Assembly: GCA_964610125.1 (NCBI GenBank)
Contig: CAZSUV010000002.1
Coordinates: 46,468-110,467 of the forward strand
Origin: an uncultured Candidatus Saccharibacteria bacterium
GTDB lineage: Bacteria; Patescibacteriota; Dojkabacteria; SC72
Reading direction: 5' to 3'
DNA length: 64,000 nucleotides
Part shown: positions 48,995 to 58,579 of the stretch, one piece after another
Layout: each line of letters starts with the position of its first letter
How positions within the stretch are numbered: the first letter of the stretch is position 1
Program-made: the position numbers and the translations under genes
Notes under the pieces: model-generated
What the model was told of the DNA's origin: nothing
Database searches by the model: none
What the model saw: only the letters and a program-made list of their open reading frames with translations

Positions 48995-50335
48995 ATGAAA
49001 GACAAAATATTTCCTAAGCTACCTGATCAAGATGACTTCTTGATGGACCTACAGAACAGTAATTACAGTTCTCTTACCATACATAACTATGCCAGAGATC
49101 TTTGTATATTTGCTGTCTTTCTTAAGTTCCGTGGTGTTGAGTTTAAGGATGTATCTAAGAAGGACATTTCTATGTACAAGGGATACCTAAAAGCAGGTGA
49201 ACATTTGAAGGATTTGGATAAAATAAGGAAGGAATACATCAAAAACGCCGGTATAAAGGCAATATCTGAGCATGGGACTGCTAGCGACGATTTAACGAAC
49301 GATACTGACTCGGGTGCCATAAATACACCTGCTAAGAAGGAAGTATTTGAGGTTAGTTTCCTGGAGAGCTTGTACAACCGTGTGTATGGGTCGTTTGGAA
49401 TATTCGAAAGACCTATGAATACCAATGCTCGAAAAAAATCTGGTTTGGATGTTAACAGTATTAATCGTATGTTGTCATCTGTAAGATCATATTTGAAATT
49501 TAGAGTTAAATGGGATTTAGAAATTCCATTGCCAGCTGATGCGGTTGATATGATGAAGGCTGAGAAGCGTGTTAAGAAGGTTGCTTCATTGGAAGATCTT
49601 ATTAAGTTGATTGAATCACCATTGGAATTTGAGTCTGATGAGAGAGTTGCAATACGTAATAGATGTATGTTAGAGATGTTGTTTGCTAGTGGTATGCGTA
49701 TCTCTGAATTAATCAATCTGGACCTAGAGAATATTAATGTTGAAGGTAAGATGTATATCATTGGTAAGGGTAAAAAAGAACGTTCAGTTTTTTTGACACA
49801 AAGAAGTTTGGATTGGTTGAATAAGTATTTGAGTGTAAGGCTTAAGTATGCATTTACGAATAAGGATGCGGCGGAGGAACAACCAGAAGTTTTGGATAAG
49901 TTGATGGCTGATGTGAATACTGAGCGTGAAACATCTGGAGATGAATTGAATTTGGAGATATTTGATAAAGGGAATAGGAAATATATTTCTTTGGTTGAGA
50001 GTTACAGGCAGAGTGGGTTCCTTGAAAAGTTCGACTCCCCTGCTCTGTTCATTCCTTTTTCTGGTGGACGGTATGGTAAAGAAGATATGAGAATTTCTAC
50101 AAACTATTTTCAGGAAAAGATTGCTGAGTACAGACGTAAGCTTGGTATTCAGATTCCTACTTCGGCACACAGTCTGAGACATGGTTTTGCTACTTATTTA
50201 GCTGAACAAGGTGCTAGTCCTGTGGCGTTGCAAGCTCTATTAGGTCACGAGAGTTTAAATACTACTACTAAGTATGTACATGCTAGTGAGAAGTTTGCGG
50301 AGGAAACAGTAAGGAAGAATCATCCGTTGAAGTAA
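48995..50335 (+). CDS. tyrosine site-specific recombinase/integrase (Xer-like, unusually long)
   Basis: C-terminal catalytic region ARHSLRHGFATYL...LLGHESLNTTTKYVH (R..HxxR..Y). N-terminal SAM-like core-binding domain. 446 aa, with two long insertions relative to about 300-aa XerC/D. Confidence 0.75.
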   Translation: MKDKIFPKLPDQDDFLMDLQNSNYSSLTIHNYARDLCIFAVFLKFRGVEFKDVSKKDISMYKGYLKAGEHLKDLDKIRKEYIKNAGIKAISEHGTASDDLTNDTDSGAINTPAKKEVFEVSFLESLYNRVYGSFGIFERPMNTNARKKSGLDVNSINRMLSSVRSYLKFRVKWDLEIPLPADAVDMMKAEKRVKKVASLEDLIKLIESPLEFESDERVAIRNRCMLEMLFASGMRISELINLDLENINVEGKMYIIGKGKKERSVFLTQRSLDWLNKYLSVRLKYAFTNKDAAEEQPEVLDKLMADVNTERETSGDELNLEIFDKGNRKYISLVESYRQSGFLEKFDSPALFIPFSGGRYGKEDMRISTNYFQEKIAEYRRKLGIQIPTSAHSLRHGFATYLAEQGASPVALQALLGHESLNTTTKYVHASEKFAEETVRKNHPLK

Positions 50336-50343
50336 ATATAACA

Positions 50344-50368
50344 AAAAGACCCTCTTACGAGGGTCTTA
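50344..50368. terminator. bidirectional terminator hairpin
   Basis: AGACCCTC-ttac-GAGGGTCT between convergent genes. Confidence 0.65.
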
Positions 50369-50396
50369 ATAATTGCGTAGTGTATAAAAAAAATAT

Positions 50397-50804
50397 CTAC
50401 TGCATTTGATCAACAATAGCCTGCACATCAGGATTTCCTTCTTGTGCTTTTATCTGTGCCACTGCGGCTGGATCTCCTGCTTGATATCTTGCATATAGAT
50501 CCTTTGCTTTCTGGGTGTCTTCTATGACACTGTTTAAATATGCTGTTAATAATTCCATCTTTTTATTCTCTGCATTAGGACCATATGCTTTTTCAAAAAT
50601 CATATTTAACTTCTTTGTAGCATCTTCAGAGCTTGATTCCATCATTTGCGCCATTTGTTCTAATGTTGCATCATCCGCTGTTGAGTCTAGATCTTCTAAT
50701 GCAATGTCTAGTACTTCTTGGGCCGCTAGGTCCATAAGTTGGTTAAGCTTTTCTTCGGTAAATCCTAATGATCTAAGTTCACTTTTTAATTGTTCGATAT
50801 CCAT
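50397..50804 (-). CDS. small acidic helical protein (possible chaperone/partner of upstream giant protein)
   Basis: 135 aa, strongly acidic. 22-nt gap from the 50826..53006 gene. Confidence 0.45.
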   Translation of the reverse strand: MDIEQLKSELRSLGFTEEKLNQLMDLAAQEVLDIALEDLDSTADDATLEQMAQMMESSSEDATKKLNMIFEKAYGPNAENKKMELLTAYLNSVIEDTQKAKDLYARYQAGDPAAVAQIKAQEGNPDVQAIVDQMQ

Positions 50805-50825
50805 GGCAGTGTATGTTTAATTAAA

Positions 50826-53006
50826 TTATTTTCCCATAAATTGAAGAACCTTTTTTGCTCCTTCAGAACCTAGCTTTTGTAATTCTTGTGCTAAGTCAGG
50901 ATTGTTGTTCCCAGCCTTAGCTGCTTCCCAATATTGATTGTATATTCTGTGCTGGTCAATTTGTGGCATTTGGTTCCATACATCGTCAGGGATTCTGTTT
51001 GCTTCTAAGTCAAGATCTAACTGATATCCTCCTACTTGTGATTGGCCACCGTATGAATCAAGTGATGGATTCCCGGTTAGACTTTGATCAGGAGCTCCAG
51101 CCATTTGTCCATCTATGGCGTCACCTGGAAGATTAACCCTTCCGTCCTTTATGAATGAATTACCTTCGAAAGTAGTAGGCTCGATTGGGCCTTCAGCACC
51201 ACCACCTGCGCCACCAGTTTCAGGAGCTGTAGGTGTTCTTGGCTCGATATGTGAAGGTCCTGTAGGGTTCGTTGATGTCGGCATTATTGGTTCTGGTGTA
51301 TTCCATGCCAAGCCATGTGCTCCAAGGAATACGCCACTGAAGATTGCAGATGCTAATAGTCCATGTCTTGCACCTCTAAGGAAATCTTTTGCTGTAGTCT
51401 CTGTGAACGTTTTAATTTTTTCCAATCTTGCAACTCTCTTTTCTAATTTAGTTCTTTCTGCTGGATCTGTAACTGTCGCTAATCTGCGATTCCATCTTTC
51501 AATACCTGAGCCACTGAGCTTGTTTATACCTGTATTTAACAAGCCACCTGCTATACATGTAAGAGCTCCTATTCCTGCTGCTGGGACTCCACCTAAGATT
51601 CCGGTTGAGCCACCAATTACTGCTCCAGCTATGTATGCAATTTTTAATTTTCGTCTTGCTTCTGGAGTTGGGGTTGTTTCGGGTGCGACGGGTGCACTTT
51701 CTTGAGTTGTTGTCGTTGTTGCAGTTGTTTCTGCTGGAGGTGTAACTTCGGTTGATGCTGGAACTCCATTGTTGTTCTGTACATTAATGTTATTTTGTTG
51801 CATCAAAATCATTAACTGATTAATCTGTTCAGAAGTCTTAGACACAGTGGCTCTAATATCCGCTATCTCTTGCTGTTCTGGTGTAAGTGTCACTTCAGGT
51901 GTTACAGTTCCACTTTCAGTCGGTGTAGTTGTCTCTATGGAAGGTGTAGCTCCCCCATTTATTACATTGTTATTTTGAATATGTGTAATATTTAGTTGCA
52001 TTATTAGAATTAACTGTTGAATCTGTGCTGATTGTTCTTTGATCAGAACTTTCATTTCCTTTAATTCCTGTTGTTCTGGTGTTAATTCTTTCTCTTCGGT
52101 CTCTTTGTGTAAATCTTCTGTTGGAGTAGTTTCTTTATTGAGTTCTGCGATAATAGTATCTTGTTTTCCTAAGGCCTTTGCAGCTTCAGGATTACTTCTT
52201 GTAGGAGCGAATCCTTCATTTAAACTTCTATTTCTATCTAATTCTTCTTTATGTAGTTTCTCCTTCATAGCAGCTTCTGCCATGCCATCATTTCTATTTG
52301 GTTCTCCTGAACCACCAATATTTTCTCCTGTAATTCCTACTGTTGTTTGATTTCTAAATCTACGCATTTCTTCTTGGTGTGCAGCATTTTCTGCGGATAT
52401 CGTAGGGGTATCTTTTTCTGCAGAAATTAATATCTCAGGATATTTGTTTAAATCTATTGGATTCTGACTACTGCCTTGTGATTCATAACTTCCTTGCTTT
52501 GGTGCTACAGAGCTATCCTTTGTCTCATGAGTAATTGGAGGTCTTTGCCCATTCATAGCCTTTTCTAAAGCAGACTGAATTGGGGTACTTTCAGAAGATA
52601 CGACAGTAGGTTCTTTTTCTATTAATACCTCAGGATATTTGTTTAAATCTACTGGGTTTTGGCTACTGCCTTGTGATTCATAACTCCCTTGTTTTGGTGC
52701 TACAGAATTATCGCTTTCGTTAGTATCATGAGTAATTGGAGGTCTTTGTCCGCTCATTGCTTTTTCAAAAGCTGATTGAATTGGGGTATCCGATGGAGTC
52801 TGAGTGTTTCCTCTCAACCAATCTACCATTTGATCTGCACCTGCCTGATCCTTCTGCCCAATACTTATCTTCATCCCATTTTCAGCGGTATATGTCTCAC
52901 GACCGTTCTTTCGTTCGTTATACTCACTTTTTTCAATTTGTCTTGCTAATTCTTCATTACTACTATTATTATTTCCACTTTCTGCAACTGGAATATTGTT
53001 ATCCAT
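50826..53006 (-). CDS. large low-complexity repeat protein with internal glycine-zipper TM segment
   Basis: 726 aa. Two ~60-aa repeats (..GQRPPITH(D/E)T...APKQGSYESQGSSQNP(V/I)DLNKYPE..). A second diverged repeat pair (TPEQQE...Q(L/M)(I/M)L(I/M)MQ..N(V/I)..NNN). Gly-zipper TM AGAVIGGSTGILGGVPAAGIGALTCIAGG. Confidence 0.6.
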   Translation of the reverse strand: MDNNIPVAESGNNNSSNEELARQIEKSEYNERKNGRETYTAENGMKISIGQKDQAGADQMVDWLRGNTQTPSDTPIQSAFEKAMSGQRPPITHDTNESDNSVAPKQGSYESQGSSQNPVDLNKYPEVLIEKEPTVVSSESTPIQSALEKAMNGQRPPITHETKDSSVAPKQGSYESQGSSQNPIDLNKYPEILISAEKDTPTISAENAAHQEEMRRFRNQTTVGITGENIGGSGEPNRNDGMAEAAMKEKLHKEELDRNRSLNEGFAPTRSNPEAAKALGKQDTIIAELNKETTPTEDLHKETEEKELTPEQQELKEMKVLIKEQSAQIQQLILIMQLNITHIQNNNVINGGATPSIETTTPTESGTVTPEVTLTPEQQEIADIRATVSKTSEQINQLMILMQQNNINVQNNNGVPASTEVTPPAETTATTTTTQESAPVAPETTPTPEARRKLKIAYIAGAVIGGSTGILGGVPAAGIGALTCIAGGLLNTGINKLSGSGIERWNRRLATVTDPAERTKLEKRVARLEKIKTFTETTAKDFLRGARHGLLASAIFSGVFLGAHGLAWNTPEPIMPTSTNPTGPSHIEPRTPTAPETGGAGGGAEGPIEPTTFEGNSFIKDGRVNLPGDAIDGQMAGAPDQSLTGNPSLDSYGGQSQVGGYQLDLDLEANRIPDDVWNQMPQIDQHRIYNQYWEAAKAGNNNPDLAQELQKLGSEGAKKVLQFMGK
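52414..52800 (-). repeat. tandem direct repeat (about 190 nt x 2, about 85% identity) inside the 726-aa gene
   Basis: ggatatttgtttaaatcta(t/c)tgg...gagtaattggaggtctttg occurs twice. Confidence 0.7.
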
Positions 53007-53169
53007 CTCTATTCATTTAGGTAAATTTAACGACCTATTTGAACACAGAGTTTAAATAGGCAGATTTATATATATAAATATAGGGGATGAATTATATGAA
53101 GTCAAGATAATTTCCTTGCTGCTTTAACTTGGAATTTGATATATGATAATGCTTGTTATGACCTTATCT

Positions 53170-55116
53170 TTAGCTCTTGAGCAAGGAGAAATCTTTAGGA
53201 TTATAATCCCCCGTTTCCTTGTGCTGCATATTGAAATATATAATCTCTTTAAGAGCCTCAAGCCCATGCTTAAACCATCTCATCTTTTTACCATCCTCTT
53301 GTGTTCTAGGTTTGTAATAGATATCTAACTGTTTGAAGTTAAGTTTCTTACCATCAAGTTTCCTGTAAGATGAGAATTTCGCAGTCATCTCTGGCTCTAA
53401 TCCAAAATTTGTAGTGGACTCTAGAGTTGAAACGATTCTTCTAAATATATCTCCCTTACCCATCTTGTAACATGTTTCCATATCTTGTGTAATGAAACCC
53501 TTACTAAATGTAAAAATATTTGAAAGCAAGGTTACAAACTTATTCCCTAAGAAGTGAGTTGGACTTATGAACGTATTCCCTTTATTGAATCTATTCCCAT
53601 ATATTAAATCAATATTTGGATATTCTAAGAATGTATTAACAAATGAAATTAAATCATTAGGATTATATTCTAAATCAGCATCCTGTATGACTACTAGATC
53701 TCCCGTTGAATGTAATATTCCATGCTTTACCGTTTGAGATTTTCCGAGATTCTTTGGGTTATCCAAAAGCTTGAATTCTGCATATTTTCTATTCTTTCTA
53801 ATATAGCTTTCGAGTAGTGTTTTTGTATCATCTGTTGAACAATCATTAACTACAACAATTTCTTTTTTGATATCTCTGGGGAATTTTACTTCTACAACCT
53901 TCTCAAGGAGAGATAATATAGATCTTTCTTCATTGTATGCAGGTATAACGATTGAGATTTTTGAGAAATGATCTGCTTTATAATGTTCTGGATAAAGATA
54001 CTTGTAATAGTCTTCAACCATGTTCTTATTTGCAAAATTTATCGATGTATTCTTTGTTATTCTTTTTACTATCTTTCCATCAGATGAATCTATAATGGCC
54101 AATTCGAGAGCTTTCGCAAGGTCAAAGCTATTTCCTCGCTTAAATATATATTTAGTAGTTTCCATCTCTTTTGCAATTTCTTTATTACTTGGTGCGTTAG
54201 AGAGGACAGGGATATTACCAAAAGCAGATGCTTCAAGAATTCCCAAAGCGAGTCCTTCACTTAAAGATGAGTTAACATATATTTTTGATTTTTTAAGAAG
54301 TCTAAATAGATCTTCCTGCTTTATTAACTCAGGTATAATTTCTACATTGCTAGGTAGTGATTTCATTCCTTTTAGTGCATTACCCTCACCTATTATTACG
54401 AATTTCCAATCAGGATACGGGTTCGCAATTTTTTTATAGGCTCTTAATGTAGTACTTGGATCTTTTACTTCGATCCATTTTGCTGCCCAAACTACAATGT
54501 TTTTCTTTTTTGAAATGGACTTATTGATTTCCTTGTTGTTAAATCCATTGTAGATAACATCAATGAGATTCTTCTCTACACCAAATGTTTTTGAAACCCA
54601 GTTTCTTCCAGTTTTTGATACAGCTACAATATTAGTTGCATATTTATGAACCAATGAGAAGATATTTCTATCTGTCCACTGAGCTAATTTATTAACTAGA
54701 GATGATTTGAAATAGACAGGCCCCGCATTATGTTCTACTACAGTATATTGATGCCCGGTTAAAATACATAATATCGATGTAATTAAGCTACTCATTAAAT
54801 GTCTACTGTGGACAAGAACTTGTGCATTTGGGTTCTTTCTGAGTAATTTTAGCACATACAAAGTAAATCTAAGTCCAAATATTGGATATGTTCCATTGAA
54901 AATATTCAATACAGGGAAGCTTTCAACTTGAAATTCGTTAAGTGTACTAGAGCTTCTTTTGTTTGATCCGTGTACAGCTATACAATTTAAGCCTTTCTTT
55001 TGTAGGCCTGAGATTAAATTGAAAGCCATGTTTTCTAGTCCACCGATTCTTGGATAGAAGTAATGGGAGATTGAAATGAAGTCATATTCAGTTTTATGTC
55101 CTAAAAAGTGTTTCAT
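53170..55116 (-). CDS. bifunctional glycosyltransferase (N-terminal GT4-like + C-terminal GT2 dolichyl-phosphate-sugar synthase-like)
   Basis: The N-terminal half has a GT4/group-1 fold. The C-terminal half has ISIVIPAYNEE...VVNDCSTDDT...QDADLEY (GT2 with DxD). Confidence 0.65.
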   Translation of the reverse strand: MKHFLGHKTEYDFISISHYFYPRIGGLENMAFNLISGLQKKGLNCIAVHGSNKRSSSTLNEFQVESFPVLNIFNGTYPIFGLRFTLYVLKLLRKNPNAQVLVHSRHLMSSLITSILCILTGHQYTVVEHNAGPVYFKSSLVNKLAQWTDRNIFSLVHKYATNIVAVSKTGRNWVSKTFGVEKNLIDVIYNGFNNKEINKSISKKKNIVVWAAKWIEVKDPSTTLRAYKKIANPYPDWKFVIIGEGNALKGMKSLPSNVEIIPELIKQEDLFRLLKKSKIYVNSSLSEGLALGILEASAFGNIPVLSNAPSNKEIAKEMETTKYIFKRGNSFDLAKALELAIIDSSDGKIVKRITKNTSINFANKNMVEDYYKYLYPEHYKADHFSKISIVIPAYNEERSILSLLEKVVEVKFPRDIKKEIVVVNDCSTDDTKTLLESYIRKNRKYAEFKLLDNPKNLGKSQTVKHGILHSTGDLVVIQDADLEYNPNDLISFVNTFLEYPNIDLIYGNRFNKGNTFISPTHFLGNKFVTLLSNIFTFSKGFITQDMETCYKMGKGDIFRRIVSTLESTTNFGLEPEMTAKFSSYRKLDGKKLNFKQLDIYYKPRTQEDGKKMRWFKHGLEALKEIIYFNMQHKETGDYNPKDFSLLKS

Positions 55117-55208
55117 AATAGCATTTTTAACTAATTTCTTATTTCTAAGAAGTAGTTAATTATACCATAAAACGGACCTATAGTAAAATCACTTAGGGCG
55201 GGTATACC

Positions 55209-57110
55209 CTACTCTATTGCAAATAGGACATTGTTGAAATCTGAATAAATAATTTTGAAACCTTTCTGTAACATAAAATCTGTAAAAGGTTGATTGTTGA
55301 TGCCATAATTGTTATCTATTTCATAATCATAAAGATTATTTAGCCAAGGCACATAATCTATATTGGTATACCTAGTGACTGATTCAATTCGTGAAGTTAG
55401 AAGGAAACAAAAACGATTATTTACATCATATTGCAAAATCAAATTTTCATAGGTTTCATTATTTGGTTCAGCTGTGAATTTGACAATGACATTTCTAGTA
55501 TCAAGGCTTTGATATTGAGCCCCTGCTGTTTCAAATCTTGTATTTCCTCTAATCATTAGTTGTGTATAAGGATCTGAAACTATCTGGCATTTCAGATCTT
55601 CATTGCTCGAGAGATACCGTATTAAAGAGGTGTCCTCCCCCACTATGCCCGAAATAACTCCAGTATTTTGAGTGTAAAAAGTGGTATAGGTTTTGATGTT
55701 AGAGAGATAGAATGGAACCGATGAGCAAAGCATTAATAAAAGTATTACTGCTATAATCCATTTCTTTAATCTTAAGCTTTTAATCATATATAGTATCGAA
55801 AAGGTCATGAAGAATGAAGAACCGATTAAAAATTTATTGGCATAGGTTGGTGCTAGGAAGAAGAATACAAAGCATAAAGATACATACACTACAGAATATA
55901 TTGCAAAAGAATGAACCTTCTTTTTGATAAATATATATATAGTCGAGATTATGAAGAGAATCAAAAGAAAACCGTATTGACGAAATAAGAAATTGATATT
56001 GCCAGGAAAATAATAGTTAGAGAATCCCCCAAGTATTTGTATATCAGAAAGTTGAAAAAACTTTTCGATACTAAACCCTCTGAAATTTGCGAGAAAGGCT
56101 ACTATTGCACCAAGCATAGAAGTCATAGCGATTACCTTTAAAATATCAGGGTTTTTCTTTAGTTTGTTTACAATTAGATAATAGATGAAAGAAAAACCTG
56201 CCAATACAGGACCTAATATAAAGTGGGTTGCGAGCAGAATTGGAATTGAGAACAATAACAAATTAAGTTTCAAGCTTCTTTGTGCAAGAATATTTAAGAA
56301 TAATAAGAGGGTAAAAGTTTGTGGAAGTGTAAATGCAAATGAATATGCGCCTACTTCAAATACGAGAATGGTAATTATGGTCCCAAGGATTATAAGTGCC
56401 TTGCTTTTGAAGTATCTGCTTAATATATTGGCTATTAAGAGAGCACAAGTAGCAATAAAGGTGAAATTAAAAATAGTTGATGCAAGTCCCGCCTCTATAT
56501 CAAAACCTATTGTCGTAAACACCTGCATTGAATGAAAGTATGTGGTATATCCTAACTTCTGAAATAGGTTTGAGCATTGATTTGGTGTTAGGCACAATTT
56601 GCCATCTGCCATTTCGATTGCAACAGCATTATGTTGAAGAAAGTCTGTTCCTAATAATGCATTTGTTTTCATACCTAAAATGAAATAAATCCCAACGAGT
56701 AATGCGATCACGCCAGCATATATTACGATTGAGCGTTTAATGGATACATAGTTCTTGATGTCTTTCTTAAATAGTAGAAACACGAGAGATATCATTGTAA
56801 ATGAAAGAAAGGTATATGCTACCGCCCTATATAGCATCTGAGAGTCTAGACTAAACCATTTTGAAAGGAGATAGATTATAAAGTAAGTCAGTGGATATAT
56901 GAGAGTCGATAGAAGGTATCCTACTCCGAAATACGATTTTTTTGTTATTAGTTTTGATAATATTGCAGGAAGAATAAATAATGATGAGATAGAAATTGAT
57001 GCAAATAAGAAATCATTAGATAACTCAATTGTTGGTTTAAACAATACAAAATAGAGACAGTATAAATAACCTGCTGCTATTAGAATTGTGATTAATATCT
57101 TTCTTCTCAT
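55209..57110 (-). CDS. large polytopic membrane protein, putative GT-C-type glycosyltransferase/polymerase
   Basis: 633 aa with about 12 TM helices plus a C-terminal soluble domain. Adjacent to the GT2/GT4 gene. Confidence 0.3.
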   Translation of the reverse strand: MRRKILITILIAAGYLYCLYFVLFKPTIELSNDFLFASISISSLFILPAILSKLITKKSYFGVGYLLSTLIYPLTYFIIYLLSKWFSLDSQMLYRAVAYTFLSFTMISLVFLLFKKDIKNYVSIKRSIVIYAGVIALLVGIYFILGMKTNALLGTDFLQHNAVAIEMADGKLCLTPNQCSNLFQKLGYTTYFHSMQVFTTIGFDIEAGLASTIFNFTFIATCALLIANILSRYFKSKALIILGTIITILVFEVGAYSFAFTLPQTFTLLLFLNILAQRSLKLNLLLFSIPILLATHFILGPVLAGFSFIYYLIVNKLKKNPDILKVIAMTSMLGAIVAFLANFRGFSIEKFFQLSDIQILGGFSNYYFPGNINFLFRQYGFLLILFIISTIYIFIKKKVHSFAIYSVVYVSLCFVFFFLAPTYANKFLIGSSFFMTFSILYMIKSLRLKKWIIAVILLLMLCSSVPFYLSNIKTYTTFYTQNTGVISGIVGEDTSLIRYLSSNEDLKCQIVSDPYTQLMIRGNTRFETAGAQYQSLDTRNVIVKFTAEPNNETYENLILQYDVNNRFCFLLTSRIESVTRYTNIDYVPWLNNLYDYEIDNNYGINNQPFTDFMLQKGFKIIYSDFNNVLFAIE

Positions 57111-57703
57111 TATTTCTTACATTCTATTGTTATATTTATATGGTCATCAATATTCGTGTTTCCATTAATCATATACGATACGAGTATTATCGAAGCTTCC
57201 TTTTCGTATGATATTACGCCATTTTGTGATGATATGTTAATGCTACACCCCTCTTGTGTAAATGTATTGTTTGCATATGAACCAAATTCTGAGAGGGCTA
57301 ACTTAGAAACATAATAATCGTAATCACTTGGATTTTGTATTTTTATATTCCTGTCTATATCCAACGAGTTCTTTTCTCTTGTAACTATATCCGTCTTGTC
57401 TACTGCGTCATTAGCTATTTTCGCCGTATATGTTGGATAGATGTATCCGATATTGTATCCAGATTTTGTGTATTCAAGTAAATTATCACTGAAGATATAT
57501 GTAGATGTTGTTTGGTCTTTAAGAAGGTAATCTTGCTGGCTATTTGTTTCAAACCACAATTTATTGGGTATGGTTACCACAAGGGAATTTGTCAGATATT
57601 CATATTCATAGAGTGTGTCCTTGATTCTTAAACCATAGAGGATGGAGGTTAAAAAACACACGAATATGATTATTACTAAGAATATTTTAAATATTTTCTT
57701 CAT
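57110..57703 (-). CDS. signal-anchored hypothetical protein
   Basis: N-terminal TM, 197 aa. Confidence 0.45.
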   Translation of the reverse strand: MKKIFKIFLVIIIFVCFLTSILYGLRIKDTLYEYEYLTNSLVVTIPNKLWFETNSQQDYLLKDQTTSTYIFSDNLLEYTKSGYNIGYIYPTYTAKIANDAVDKTDIVTREKNSLDIDRNIKIQNPSDYDYYVSKLALSEFGSYANNTFTQEGCSINISSQNGVISYEKEASIILVSYMINGNTNIDDHINITIECKK

Positions 57704-57832
57704 ATTTAAATATATGAGATATGAGTATAAAAGAAAAGGGCACCCTAAATTATTTTTTTCGACAGTTAAGTCAATAGAATAAAACCTCTGTTAAGAGGGG
57801 GTGCCCTAATCATATGGAACGGTGGTTGTGGC

Positions 57833-58579
57833 TTATTGGACTGGTGTCCAGACAACGTCTTCGTTGTTATTCCAGCCAACATCAATGTATTGCAGTTCTT
57901 CGGTGAGATCACCGGTGAATTGTGGTGTGTAAGCATTGACGTTGAAAGCACGTTCTAGGCGGTCGCCTGGTTTGCCGAACATATAGTAGCAAGAACTTGC
58001 ATTCTCGCAATATGTGAGCAAGACGCGACCAATTTGCCAAGTTTCACCTTGAAGATCGGTTGCTGTTTCTGGGATTACTGCGCCAGTTCCGTACCCCCCT
58101 AGGTCAGCTATGAATTTACCATTGCTATTTGCAGAGGTAAGTACAGCTTTCCAGACTTCATTGTTTGGTGAAGCAGGGGCTGAGACTGGTGTATTTGAGG
58201 ATGATCCTCCGGCAGGAGTTGCTGTGGATAATGGGGCTGTTTTGAATAGCCAGATTAAAAGTACAGCAATTACTACCAACAATAAAGTAATCCAGAACCA
58301 ATCGGGTACTTTCTTGGCAGGAGCCTGATTGACTGGAGCCTGGTTGGCAGGAGCCTGATTGACTGGAGCCTGGTTGGCAGGAGCCTGGTTGGCAGGAGCC
58401 TGATTGACTGGAGCCTGGTTGGCAGGAGCCTGGTTGGCAGGAGCCTGGTTGGCAGGAGCCTGGTTGGCAGGAGCCTGATTGGCTGGAGCCTGATTGACTG
58501 GAGCTGTTGTTACTGCAGGTTCGTCATCCGACACCCAACCAATGAACAAGCTTCCGATTTTGAAACCTTTTTTACCCAT
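57833..58579 (-). CDS. single-pass membrane protein with N-terminal (QAPAN)n repeat; compositionally atypical (GC-rich)
   Basis: About 13 QAP(A/V)N pentapeptides, then TM WFWITLLLVVIAVLLIWLF, then an about 150-aa C-terminal domain. GC is visibly higher than the surroundings. Confidence 0.6.
   Translation of the reverse strand: MGKKGFKIGSLFIGWVSDDEPAVTTAPVNQAPANQAPANQAPANQAPANQAPANQAPVNQAPANQAPANQAPVNQAPANQAPVNQAPAKKVPDWFWITLLLVVIAVLLIWLFKTAPLSTATPAGGSSSNTPVSAPASPNNEVWKAVLTSANSNGKFIADLGGYGTGAVIPETATDLQGETWQIGRVLLTYCENASSCYYMFGKPGDRLERAFNVNAYTPQFTGDLTEELQYIDVGWNNNEDVVWTPVQ
58316..58504 (-). repeat. 15-nt tandem repeat x about 12.6 (coding for QAPAN repeats)
   Basis: ggcaggagcctg(g/a)tt and gactggagcctggtt units. 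Confidence 0.9.

Noticed and set aside
37076-50335. Genomic island spanning tRNA-Leu to the tyrosine recombinase
   Set aside because: The intervening genes include core, syntenic housekeeping functions (rluD, yebC-ruvCAB), so the recombinase is unlikely to be related to this tRNA. Any island more plausibly lies on the other side (50.4-61.4 kb).
58316-58504. 15-nt tandem repeats that might suggest a CRISPR-like array
   Set aside because: The period is far too short, with no spacers. The repeats are in-frame coding sequence for the QAPAN pentapeptide repeats of the 57833-58579 gene.
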